Shown here piece by piece: positions 30,238-39,358 of a stretch of DNA of 64,000 bases. Each line of letters begins with the position of its first letter. The stretch's first letter is position 1. A program made the translations under genes and the position numbers. Location of the stretch: assembly GCA_021463645.1 (NCBI GenBank), contig JAJTYI010000004.1, forward strand, positions 46,277 to 110,276. The letters are read 5' to 3'. A model generated the notes under the pieces. That model searched no databases. It was not told the origin of the DNA and saw only the letters and a program-made list of their open reading frames with translations. Source of the stretch: a bacterium (GTDB lineage Bacteria > Patescibacteriota > Dojkabacteria > B142 > OLB20).

Positions 30238-30271
30238 TTTATTGCTTTTTTATATAGTTGGAATATTTTCC

Positions 30272-30493
30272 TTAAATAGGTTTTGCAGGAGCTAATGGAT
30301 CTGATTCCTTTACCCAGTGATTATTTGGTTGCCCATTTACTGAAGGGCCTTCATAATTGTATGTTCCTGGTTCAGCGTACGGATCATCAACTTTGGTTCT
30401 AATATAATTGCCAGGGGGTATAGGTACACCAAGAACGTCTACCTCGTAACCCAATTCAGGCACTTCTACCACATTCCCAAGTGGTACTTCCAT
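30272..30493 (-). CDS. hypothetical small Pro/Gly-rich protein
   Basis: 73-aa ORF only; no family recognised. Confidence 0.35.
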   Translation of the reverse strand: MEVPLGNVVEVPELGYEVDVLGVPIPPGNYIRTKVDDPYAEPGTYNYEGPSVNGQPNNHWVKESDPLAPAKPI

Positions 30494-30654
30494 TTTGTAA
30501 GTATAATATATATTAACTACTTCTATATTCTTCCATATACTATCTCATTCATAAAATAAATTAAAGTAATCGTCATCTATACGTGGATAATGAAGGTGTT
30601 GATTCCTCTCTACTTTGAGTCTACTATAAATTATTAGTTTATTAATGACACATC

Positions 30655-31242
30655 ATGAAAATTGAAAAGAGAGTTCTTAACTGGAAATATTTTATCGGTT
30701 GGAAATTGTTTATGTATATATCTTTTCTATTGGTATATTTCAATTGTTTTTATTTCGTTCGGCAATACACGAGATTGAATATGGAAGTAGACATGCTGAA
30801 ACAAGAGGTATACGCAGTTAATCAATTAGTTGAAACTATGAAAAGTGAACCCGAAGATTCACATATATATGCAATTCTTACCGAGATTGGCAGTGATTAT
30901 ATCGAATACGATTACGTGAGTTACTATGATGGATTTGATGCTACACATATTGCACAGGAAAATGGTGCCTGTGAAGATGTCTCTGTAATAGATTGTGATT
31001 TTCCAATTTCCGGACCTATTCTTGAAAATAATGCTGAGAAATTAAATAAGATGCCCATCAATGAAATAACCATCTTTAGGGTTAAAACTGGTCAGTTCAC
31101 GGATGAATCGGTTTCTCGAAATGAATTTAGTAATTACTACGCAACGCTATTAGAGGAGGGAAAGTTAGAAGTTAGAATAACATACGAGTACGATAAGGAA
31201 TTAAGAGAGAATGTTGTAACTTCTGTTATGCTTGCTTATTAA
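30655..31242 (+). CDS. hypothetical membrane-anchored protein
   Basis: 195-aa ORF with one N-terminal TM. Confidence 0.5.
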   Translation: MKIEKRVLNWKYFIGWKLFMYISFLLVYFNCFYFVRQYTRLNMEVDMLKQEVYAVNQLVETMKSEPEDSHIYAILTEIGSDYIEYDYVSYYDGFDATHIAQENGACEDVSVIDCDFPISGPILENNAEKLNKMPINEITIFRVKTGQFTDESVSRNEFSNYYATLLEEGKLEVRITYEYDKELRENVVTSVMLAY

Positions 31243-31269
31243 TTTGAGCGGTTCTGTGAATTCTCGTGA

Positions 31270-31875
31270 CTAAAGGGTGACGATACGTGACGATAGGGAC
31301 TTATCAGTAGGTTTATTGAGAATATGTTCAAGATAACCTATGTCATCGTTTGACATCCATTCGTTTTCAGATTCTTCGTCTAATATCACTGGCATCCTTT
31401 CATGTACATCTCCAACATCTTTATTAGCTTCCCTAGTTATGATTGAACAAGTTGTCAGAATTTCACCTTGAGGATCTTTCCACTCAGAATAAATCCCAGC
31501 CATTGCAAAGTATTTTTTCCCTTTAAGTTGGAAAAGATTCGCATTTTTCTTCTCGTCCCACTCGTAAAAGCCTGTGGCTGGTATCAGACATCTGGTTTTT
31601 CGAATAGCTGATTTAAACGAAGGTTTCTCGAAAATTGTCTCCGATCTTGAATTTATCATTTTATATCCAATTTTTGGATCTTTAGCCCAAGCAGGAATAA
31701 AACCCCATTTCATTCCGTATAATTTATTCCTTTTTTGGTCGCGAATAATCGTAGGTATAAACTGACCAGGTTTAACGTTTGTGTTGATGGATAAAGGGAA
31801 ATCGTCATCCTTGTGTTTTATACCAAAGCGAGGATAAAAATCTTCATCTGGAGCTAGGTGGAATCTGCCACACAT
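31270..31875 (-). CDS. SOS-response-associated peptidase (SRAP/YedK family)
   Basis: N-terminal MCGRF with catalytic Cys2; conserved Trp/His-containing core; 201 aa. Confidence 0.85.
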   Translation of the reverse strand: MCGRFHLAPDEDFYPRFGIKHKDDDFPLSINTNVKPGQFIPTIIRDQKRNKLYGMKWGFIPAWAKDPKIGYKMINSRSETIFEKPSFKSAIRKTRCLIPATGFYEWDEKKNANLFQLKGKKYFAMAGIYSEWKDPQGEILTTCSIITREANKDVGDVHERMPVILDEESENEWMSNDDIGYLEHILNKPTDKSLSSRIVTL

Positions 31876-32064
31876 ATTAATATAAAACTAATAATATTAA
31901 TATTAATTACATCGGCAATAAATGTAAACCATTCTAGAATGCCGTTGTATGGTTTAAGATATAGTTTCCTGTTATAATGTACCAAGTAAGGAAGAATATA
32001 TAGGCAATACACGTCAAATTACACTAGAATTTTCCCTGAAAATTTTATTTTTTTATAAACAACA

Positions 32065-32271
32065 ATGGCAAACGGTACAGTAAAAACTGTCACTGACAAA
32101 GGCTTCGGGTTTATAAGTAGAGAAGATGCCGACAAAGACGTTTTCTATCATGAAAGCGTTCTAGAAGGTGATTTAGCTACTAGAAAACTTAGAGTTGGAG
32201 ACAAAGTTGAGTTTGATATTGAAGAAACTCAAAAAGGTCTAAGTGCATCAAATATCAAATTGGTTGAGTAA
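32065..32271 (+). CDS. csp: cold-shock domain protein
   Basis: GTVKTVTDKGFGFI (RNP1-like) and VFYH (RNP2-like) motifs; 68 aa; long 5' UTR region. Confidence 0.9.
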   Translation: MANGTVKTVTDKGFGFISREDADKDVFYHESVLEGDLATRKLRVGDKVEFDIEETQKGLSASNIKLVE

Positions 32272-32291
32272 ACCATATTGATTTCAAATTA

Positions 32292-32318
32292 AGAGCAGAC
32301 AGGTGTCTGCTCTTTTTT
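32292..32318 (+). terminator. intrinsic terminator after csp
   Basis: agagcagac-aggt-gtctgctct hairpin followed by tttttt. Confidence 0.7.
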
Positions 32319-32991
32319 ATTGGATTGAACTGAGATCTGTATTAATCCCAAAAAGTCTATCTCCCGCATCGCCTAACCCGGGTATGATATAGGCATGTTC
32401 GTTTAGTTTTTCGTCTAATCCTGCGCATATTATTTCCACTTCCGGGAATTTTTTATAGATAGCTTCTGCTCCAGGTAGAGCAGTAATTAAACTCAAAACT
32501 TGGATTTTTCCTTTAAAGCCGTGTTTCTCTTTTACTGATTTGAGTGCCGAAATCATTGAACCACCAGTGGCTAACATTGGGTCCATAACTAAGACTCTAT
32601 CAGTTTTTGGACTCATTTCTTCAAGTCGGTCCAAATAGAAATTGGGTTCGATATTATTGGGATCTTCTTCGTTTCGCTTCATTCCAAGACAGTGGAATTC
32701 GCCATCAGGGTAGAATTCCATTGCTGAAGAAAGCATCCCTAGACTTGCTCGTAGAATTGAGATGAATGCGATTTTTTCTCCAATTGTTTCACCCTCAAAA
32801 TCAATTCCAGTTTGAGTCGGAACTATATTAGCTTTCATTTCTACATCACTTAATGCTTCGTAGATTAAAAGTTTTGAGATGTCGTACAAATAGATTCTGA
32901 ATAGTTGAGAATTTGTGTTGATGTTTCTCAATTTTGTAATCAAATCGCTGACCATTGGGGTATTGATTACCCTCACATTATGCTTTTTCAT
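32317..32991 (-). CDS. upp: uracil phosphoribosyltransferase
   Basis: VLVMDPMLATGGS PRPP-binding motif and YIIPGLGDAGDR C-terminal motif; the ATG at 32991 is preferred. Confidence 0.85.
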   Translation of the reverse strand: MKKHNVRVINTPMVSDLITKLRNINTNSQLFRIYLYDISKLLIYEALSDVEMKANIVPTQTGIDFEGETIGEKIAFISILRASLGMLSSAMEFYPDGEFHCLGMKRNEEDPNNIEPNFYLDRLEEMSPKTDRVLVMDPMLATGGSMISALKSVKEKHGFKGKIQVLSLITALPGAEAIYKKFPEVEIICAGLDEKLNEHAYIIPGLGDAGDRLFGINTDLSSIQ

Positions 32992-33019
32992 TAATAATAA
33001 ATAATAATTAGGACTTAAG

Positions 33020-33421
33020 CTAATTAACGACCAATTCGTCAAAACCTGTATTAGGATCTAATTTCGTTATGAATTCCAAATCGTTCATCACTAGAAACAT
33101 TAGTTCCACTGTGGTATGTACTATGCAACCATCTACGAGGTGACCACCTACAACAACACCATCTTTCTGTCCTCCTGCGATATGAATGTGTAGGTGGTCA
33201 CCGTTTTTACCAATAGTTCCAATTAGTGAAACAATTTCTACTTTGCCGTATTCTTTGATTACTGGTTTTCCATCCTGAACATCAGTTCTAATAACTAATT
33301 TACTTAAACTTCCGACTGCGTTAACAATGCAGGCTGCAGAAAAATGATTCTCCTTTGCAATTCGCTTAATCTCGAGCTTAAGATCTGAACCTTTATGTAA
33401 TCTTTCGACAAATGTTTTCAT
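33020..33421 (-). CDS. PPC (DUF296) domain protein
   Basis: 133 aa; GSL...EIVSL.G...HLHI pattern typical of PPC/DUF296. Confidence 0.65.
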   Translation of the reverse strand: MKTFVERLHKGSDLKLEIKRIAKENHFSAACIVNAVGSLSKLVIRTDVQDGKPVIKEYGKVEIVSLIGTIGKNGDHLHIHIAGGQKDGVVVGGHLVDGCIVHTTVELMFLVMNDLEFITKLDPNTGFDELVVN

Positions 33422-33435
33422 TGTTTAATATTTAA

Positions 33436-34527
33436 TTAGTTAATTTCACTATAATCACTAAAATCGACTTCTTTTACAGCTTCTTCCCAGATATCGTTCG
33501 TGTAAATATCCTCTATATTGAAGTCTTCTCCTTCTTTCACTTCCTTTACAAACTCTCTAGCGATTTCTACCGTATTCTCAAGTTTATCTTCATCAATAAA
33601 GAACAAACCTTCAGATGTACCTTTGTCAGCAATGAATAATTTCGCCATCTGCTCCATACTTTTTAGCTGATGAGGTCTTGCGGTTACGTCATTTTCTGTA
33701 AAGTCCATGCCAATCATATCGATTGCTTCCTCTTGATTCATAATTGCATAGTCCCAACCTTTCATACTCGCTCTGAGAAATCTGACTAAGACATCTTCAT
33801 TTTCATCAAGAAATTCTTTTCTCACAAAAAGACCATCTTGAAGCATACCTGCACCTGAGTCTTCTAAATCAAAGATTGTTAAATCTTCTTCTTTTAGTCC
33901 AGATTCAAAAACTAGCTCTAATTCGTTATATTTCATAGCCGATGCTAGGTGTATTTCGTCATTTAGAAGTTGGTTCATATCGAATGCTTGCGAAATTATT
34001 TCTACATCTTTGTCTCTATCAAGTCCTTGTTTTGCAATGAATGCGAAAGGTTCAGTTTCATTTCCTCCTGGCCATACACCAATCTTTTTCCCTGCGATGT
34101 CAGCTGGGTTTACAATTCCAGAAGATTTTTTTGCTACCAAAACCATACCTGTACTTTGAAGTCCTTGGCCGATATTTACCAACTCTTCACCTTTTGCAAT
34201 TGCAGGTAAAACATTACCGGTCCATGCGACTGCAATGTCAGCATCATCTGCAATTAAAACATCTACTGGGTTAATTCCTACACCACCTGATTTGATCTCT
34301 ACTTCGATATTTTCATCTTCGTAATAACCTTTCTCTAGTGCAGTGAAATATCCTGCAAATTGAGCTTGTGGAACCCATTTTAATTGTAAGACTATCTTGT
34401 CCTTTTCTCCGTCGTCGTTTTCTGTGTCAGCTGATTTATTGTTGTACATATATATGCTTCCAACAGCAATAAACGCCAGAATTAGAACGAAAACCCATTT
34501 GCCTGGGGAGCTTTTGCTTTCCGTCAT
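33436..34527 (-). CDS. ABC transporter substrate-binding protein, NMT1/THI5-like (NitT/TauT family)
   Basis: N-terminal TM/lipobox-like region; QLKWVPQAQFAGYFTALEKGYY motif. Confidence 0.75.
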   Translation of the reverse strand: MTESKSSPGKWVFVLILAFIAVGSIYMYNNKSADTENDDGEKDKIVLQLKWVPQAQFAGYFTALEKGYYEDENIEVEIKSGGVGINPVDVLIADDADIAVAWTGNVLPAIAKGEELVNIGQGLQSTGMVLVAKKSSGIVNPADIAGKKIGVWPGGNETEPFAFIAKQGLDRDKDVEIISQAFDMNQLLNDEIHLASAMKYNELELVFESGLKEEDLTIFDLEDSGAGMLQDGLFVRKEFLDENEDVLVRFLRASMKGWDYAIMNQEEAIDMIGMDFTENDVTARPHQLKSMEQMAKLFIADKGTSEGLFFIDEDKLENTVEIAREFVKEVKEGEDFNIEDIYTNDIWEEAVKEVDFSDYSEIN

Positions 34528-34554
34528 CTTAAAAAAATAAAAAATAAAAATATA

Positions 34555-35313
34555 TTAATTCCACTTTATAAATAATCTCTTCGCGATTTCTATCGTGAAG
34601 TAGAACAAACTTCCACTAATTACTATGAAAAATATTCCTGCCCAAACCATCGGAAGATCATAGAAACCTTTTCTAGCTAGTATGAACTGACCTATTCCTC
34701 CGTGTGCTCCGAAAAATTCGCTAACAATTGCAGTAGTTATGGCATTTACGACATTTAGTTTCAGGACTGTGAAAATTGCTGGCAAACTCGCAGGGAAAAT
34801 TAGTTTGATAAAGGTTATTGGCTTACTTGAATTATAGCTGTCAAAAAGTCTTTTGTAGTCTCCGTTTACTCGTTTGAAAGCAGTGGTTGCCACAATTAAC
34901 ATTGGAAAGAAACATAATATAGCAACAATGATAGTTTTTGCGTTTTGATCTGTACCGATAAATCCGCCTAGAATCGCAGCGAGTGCAATCAAAGGCACTG
35001 CATTCACAATAACCCCTAAACTTATTACTGAATCGGAGATTTTTTTATAGGAAAATATCACAATTGAGGTCAATAAAGCGAGGAGATTTCCCCAAAACCA
35101 TCCATAGAGAACTTCTTCGGAGGTGTATTTCAGTTCTTTCAGTAATGTATCATAGTTATTCGTGATAACTGGAAGAATTTCAGAAGGAGCTACTAATACG
35201 ATGGCACTTATATCAGAATATTTAACAAACAGTTCCCAAAAGATGAAAAACACACCCAGGGAAAGTGCCATCACAATTAAATTTTTAAGATTTTTAAACG
35301 ATTTCTTCTTCAT
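34555..35313 (-). CDS. ABC transporter permease (NitT/TauT family)
   Basis: Six-TM BPD_transp_1-like protein in an operon with the ATPase. Confidence 0.8.
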   Translation of the reverse strand: MKKKSFKNLKNLIVMALSLGVFFIFWELFVKYSDISAIVLVAPSEILPVITNNYDTLLKELKYTSEEVLYGWFWGNLLALLTSIVIFSYKKISDSVISLGVIVNAVPLIALAAILGGFIGTDQNAKTIIVAILCFFPMLIVATTAFKRVNGDYKRLFDSYNSSKPITFIKLIFPASLPAIFTVLKLNVVNAITTAIVSEFFGAHGGIGQFILARKGFYDLPMVWAGIFFIVISGSLFYFTIEIAKRLFIKWN

Positions 35314-36085
35314 TTTCCAATAATGAGCGAATTTGATTGATATACTTGTAAAACTTCATACTTCCCAATTCCTTCTTTCTAGGATATGGCAAATCTACAT
35401 TGATGATTTTTTTAATTCTTCCTGGCTGTTTGGTGAGTACTATGATTCTCTCTGAAAGATAAATTGCTTCTTCAATACTGTGGGTAACAAAGACGATGGT
35501 TTTCCCCGTCTCTTTCCATACACTAAGTAATTCGTCATTCATTTTTCTGCGATTTATTTCATCCAATGCTCCGAAAGGCTCATCCATTAATAGGATCTCT
35601 GGGTCATATGCAAGTGCTCGAGCGATTGAAACTTTCTGCTGCATTCCGCCTGATAGTTGATCCGGATGATAACTTGCGTACTTTTCAAGTTCGACCATTT
35701 TCAACAACTTCTTGACGCGCTTTTTAATCTCAGCTTTGTTTAACCCGATAATTTCCAATGGCAAGCTTACATTTTTCTCGAGATTCCTCCATTGCAAAAG
35801 TGTTGGTTTCTGGAAAACGAAGCCGATTTTCCTTTGTTCTCTGGCTTTTTTGGGTGAGCTACCCAGTACCTTCACGTCACCTCTTGTCTCGGAATACGAG
35901 AGATCTAGAGTGTCGCTTATGACTTTCAGTATGGTCGATTTTCCACAACCCGAAGGTCCTACGATGGAAATAAATTCTCCATTTTTCACATCGAACGATA
36001 CTTTTGATACGGCTTCAAGACCGATTTTTAGATCATTGTATAGAATTGACAATTCCTTTAATTCGATACTGTTATTCTTTTGCAT
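35294..36085 (-). CDS. ABC transporter ATP-binding protein
   Basis: Walker A GPSGCGKST, signature LSGGMQQ, Walker B LLMDEP; the ATG at 36085 is preferred to 36181. Confidence 0.85.
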   Translation of the reverse strand: MQKNNSIELKELSILYNDLKIGLEAVSKVSFDVKNGEFISIVGPSGCGKSTILKVISDTLDLSYSETRGDVKVLGSSPKKAREQRKIGFVFQKPTLLQWRNLEKNVSLPLEIIGLNKAEIKKRVKKLLKMVELEKYASYHPDQLSGGMQQKVSIARALAYDPEILLMDEPFGALDEINRRKMNDELLSVWKETGKTIVFVTHSIEEAIYLSERIIVLTKQPGRIKKIINVDLPYPRKKELGSMKFYKYINQIRSLLENEEEIV

Positions 36086-36860
36086 AGCGATATTTGTTAA
36101 TGATGGTTTTTTCAATCTCGAGCATCGATTTGAAAAATAATATTGAAACTGTGCATAGCATAAATAGACTTGCCCATACACGAGTAGTTATTTGATTATT
36201 AAATGAGTTGTAAATGTCTTTTCCAATCCCACCACTTACAGTCAAAGGGAGTTCTGCGATTATTGATGTCACTATGGATGCAGTTGTTAAGATTTTCATT
36301 GTTGTAATCAAATCAGGCAGTATCGAAGGCAAAAATAGTTTCTTTATAACTTCTATTTTTTTTGCATTGTATGATGAGAACAAAGCAAAATAGTTGGCGG
36401 ATAAACTGGAAATTGTGCTTTCAACTGTGACGATTACAGGAAAAATTGTGAATAATACGATTATAATGATTTTTGTTTCGAAACCATAACCAAGCAAGGC
36501 TGCAACTACTGGTGCGAAGGCTGGTACTGGTAACAATTGAGAAATTAAAATGAATGGAGAGAAGATTGTTTTAAGAATTTTAAATTGATGAAAAATTATC
36601 CCTAGTAATGTGCCTAAAATTACAGAAATGGAAAATCCGATTAATGCATCGCGGAAACTAAGAAGTGTTTTTATGAGTAATGTGTATTTTCCCGAGGTAA
36701 AGTCACTTGTTAAATAATCGAATATTTGACTCGGTTTTGGAAGTATTCTTTTGGGTATCTCGAAGTTAATTACAATTTGTTCCCAAATAAATAATATTAG
36801 TAGAATCAGTGAAATTTTTATTAAATAAGAAAGTATTTTTTTATTTTTCTTTTTCATCAT
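36072..36860 (-). CDS. ABC transporter permease (second permease gene)
   Basis: Polytopic BPD_transp_1-like protein; first gene of the operon. Confidence 0.8.
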   Translation of the reverse strand: MMKKKNKKILSYLIKISLILLILFIWEQIVINFEIPKRILPKPSQIFDYLTSDFTSGKYTLLIKTLLSFRDALIGFSISVILGTLLGIIFHQFKILKTIFSPFILISQLLPVPAFAPVVAALLGYGFETKIIIIVLFTIFPVIVTVESTISSLSANYFALFSSYNAKKIEVIKKLFLPSILPDLITTMKILTTASIVTSIIAELPLTVSGGIGKDIYNSFNNQITTRVWASLFMLCTVSILFFKSMLEIEKTIINKYRYAKE

Positions 36861-36872
36861 GCCTGTTTTAGG

Positions 36873-36899
36873 CCAAAAAAAAAGGAGCCTTTGGCTCCT
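36873..36899 (-). terminator. intrinsic-terminator-like hairpin + U9 tract in the 5' leader of the ABC operon (candidate attenuator)
   Basis: Minus strand reads aggagcc-aaa-ggctcct then ttttttttt, ending about 13 nt before the ATG at 36860; no minus-strand gene lies upstream of it. Confidence 0.6.
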
Positions 36900-36970
36900 A
36901 ATAAACTAGTATGTATTGATTAGTAATTTCTTGCGTTGAAAATTAGTCATTAATAAATCATATTTTTATA

Positions 36971-36998
36971 ATTATAGTTTAGAAAAAGCCAAAGTCAA
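36971..36998 (-). promoter_or_regulatory. sigma70-like promoter for the ABC operon leader
   Basis: Minus strand reads TTGACT (36998-36993), 16-nt spacer, TATAAT (36976-36971). Confidence 0.55.
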
Positions 36999-37106
36999 TA
37001 GAAAAAAATTAGTAAATGAAATTACTTTTGGAAAAGTCTATTAATGTTGATATCCCATTTATACAAAAACTTTGAACTAGTATAATTAATAAATATTCAA
37101 TCTATC

Positions 37107-37610
37107 ATGAGCACTGGAAAATTATTCTTATTTTGTGGACTTCCTGGAACAGGGAAAACCACACTTGCGAAAAAATTAGAGAAAGAAAAGCCAATAGTGA
37201 GACTTTGCCCAGACGATTGGGTTTACGACTTAATGGAAGATAAAACCAATATCCCTGAAATGGACAGGATTAGAGAAATTGTAGAATCAAGACAATGGAT
37301 TCAAGCCAAGAAATTACTACAATTAGGGAACACAGTTCTACTTGAAAATGGCTTTTGGTCAATTGAAGAAAGAGAGAGGTATAGAACAGAGGCAAAAAAT
37401 ATCGGAGCAGAAGTCACTATTTACTTATTCAAAGCTGATCTAGAACTTCTGAAACATCGCTTAGCTAAAAGAAACGCCGAAGCACCTAAAGGAGTATTTA
37501 ATATTTCGATGGAGAACATTGAAAAGTGGTATTCTGAGTTTGAAGTGCCTTCCTTGGAAGAATTGAAACGTTACGACAGTTATAAGATTATTGAGAATAA
37601 AAATGAGTGA
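37107..37610 (+). CDS. P-loop kinase (AAA_33/zeta-toxin-like fold)
   Basis: Walker A GLPGTGKTT; 167 aa. Confidence 0.6.
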   Translation: MSTGKLFLFCGLPGTGKTTLAKKLEKEKPIVRLCPDDWVYDLMEDKTNIPEMDRIREIVESRQWIQAKKLLQLGNTVLLENGFWSIEERERYRTEAKNIGAEVTIYLFKADLELLKHRLAKRNAEAPKGVFNISMENIEKWYSEFEVPSLEELKRYDSYKIIENKNE

Positions 37611-38799
37611 ACAGAAAAGCAAAATATACGATGTTGTGATAGTTGGAGCAGGTCCGTCTGGTGGACAATGTGCCAGGTTATTGACACAGAAAGGACATAA
37701 AGTCCTCATTGTTGATCGAGTTAGAGATTTAAGCTTAAACAATTTCTCAAGTGCTGGTGCACCACTAAGCATTTTGGAGGAGTTCGAACTCCCTAAAAGC
37801 GTTGTTGCAACTTACTGGAACAAATTAACTCTAGTATCAACTAACTTTGAGAAGAAATGGATTTCCCCAGAAGACAAAGGAGTTGTGATGGACTTTACAA
37901 AACTACGGGAGTTCTTACTTGATGAGGTACAGAAGCATCATGGCGAGGTGAAGTTGGGTTGGGAATACAAAAGACACAAAACACTTGGTGACGGAAGTTT
38001 AGAGATTAGTTTATATAATTCTATTAATAAAAAAATCGAGAATGTGGTGACCGATGTTTTAGTCGATGGAACAGGAAGTGCTAGATCGATTACTGGAAAG
38101 AGAGACAATCCGAAGAATTATGTTCAAGGAATAGGACTTGAATTCATTGTGAAAACTAAAAAAGAGATAGATTCTAAAGATTTTCAATTTTTCCTGGGGT
38201 ACAAATATATCTCAAATGGCTATGGCTGGATTTTCCCAATGAGCAATAAGGAATATAAAATTGGCGTTGCCTGGTACCCTCAATATCTCAAAAAACCAAT
38301 CCAACCTGCAGAATATATTGAGAAGATAATCGAGGACTATCTCGGACTGGATAAAAAAGAATATACAATCACAGAAAAACACGGAGGTACGCTTTTCTAC
38401 AACTCGAAAAGAAAAGATACATATCAAAATGGCAGGGTAGTAGGCATAGGTGATGTCGTATCCTCTGTTAATTGGTTAGGAGGAGAAGGGATTAGATACG
38501 GGATGAGAAATGCCACACTAGCGACAAAATACATAGATGAAGCAATTCGGAAGAATGAATTCGTTTTCAGTCAATACGAGAAGGAAGCCAAAGGTTATCT
38601 CAGAAAGGAATATTGGATTGCAGAAAAACTTTCAAAACTTGTGTATGGCAAATTAAGTGATAGAAATATAACTAGAGGGGTTAAAGTTGTTTCATTGTTC
38701 CATTTCGATGAAATATTAAGTGTTTTATTTGAAAACCAATACTCGAGATTGTTCGTAGTTATAAATAGATATCTGAGGAAAAAATTCTTTAAGAGATGA
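37591..38799 (+). CDS. FAD-dependent oxidoreductase (geranylgeranyl-reductase family)
   Basis: VVIVGAGPSGG dinucleotide-binding motif; GIGDVV near the C-terminal part; 20-nt overlap with the upstream gene. Confidence 0.7.
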   Translation: MRIKMSEQKSKIYDVVIVGAGPSGGQCARLLTQKGHKVLIVDRVRDLSLNNFSSAGAPLSILEEFELPKSVVATYWNKLTLVSTNFEKKWISPEDKGVVMDFTKLREFLLDEVQKHHGEVKLGWEYKRHKTLGDGSLEISLYNSINKKIENVVTDVLVDGTGSARSITGKRDNPKNYVQGIGLEFIVKTKKEIDSKDFQFFLGYKYISNGYGWIFPMSNKEYKIGVAWYPQYLKKPIQPAEYIEKIIEDYLGLDKKEYTITEKHGGTLFYNSKRKDTYQNGRVVGIGDVVSSVNWLGGEGIRYGMRNATLATKYIDEAIRKNEFVFSQYEKEAKGYLRKEYWIAEKLSKLVYGKLSDRNITRGVKVVSLFHFDEILSVLFENQYSRLFVVINRYLRKKFFKR

Positions 38800-38991
38800 A
38801 CATACAATTACTGACATCAATATGTCCTAACCCATACACATATATTTGCTCCTGGAATCACCGAAAAACACTCAAAATGTGTTAAAATGACAGTGTTTAA
38901 CTTCCCCCTTGAAGCATGAACTTATAAATCCTATTATTTGAGGATTTTCATGTATTCGAGGAAATTAAGATTATAAAATTAGATTAAGAGA

Positions 38992-39306
38992 ATGCCAGAA
39001 TTTTCTAGACCAAAATACGAACATGAAGGCGCATCTCGGATAGATACACTGCCTGATGGTCCGGTACGGATTTTTAGGGAATATAAGGATTATGGTCAGG
39101 AATTTAAGCCGTACTGGTATTTTGGACAGTTAGATTCATTGGGTGGATTACAAAAGGTAGGGAAGTTCATTAAGCCGATTGAAGGTGTGTTTACAATTTT
39201 AGACGCAGAAATTGCACCATATTTATCTGGATATGTGACTGTTCAACAAGGAATCAATATATACGGTGTTCATTCTAGTACGAATGCTTATCATATACGA
39301 GAATGA
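38992..39306 (+). CDS. hypothetical protein
   Basis: 104-aa ORF; no family recognised. Confidence 0.4.
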   Translation: MPEFSRPKYEHEGASRIDTLPDGPVRIFREYKDYGQEFKPYWYFGQLDSLGGLQKVGKFIKPIEGVFTILDAEIAPYLSGYVTVQQGINIYGVHSSTNAYHIRE

Positions 39307-39358
39307 TTGATTAGAAATAATACTAATATTAATGCTAAATAAAATAATACTATAAGTT

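Noticed and set aside
29965-30251. att-site duplication from an integrated element at tRNA-Arg
   Set aside because: Integrase-mediated insertion usually duplicates the 3' part of a tRNA and leaves an island with an integrase gene. Here the 5' part is duplicated, the repeats are only ~140 nt apart, and no integrase or mobile gene is nearby.
36861-37000. TPP riboswitch upstream of the NMT1/THI5-type ABC operon
   Set aside because: The conserved CUGAGA and ACCUGAUCUGGAUAAUGCCAGCG-like cores are not present on either strand.
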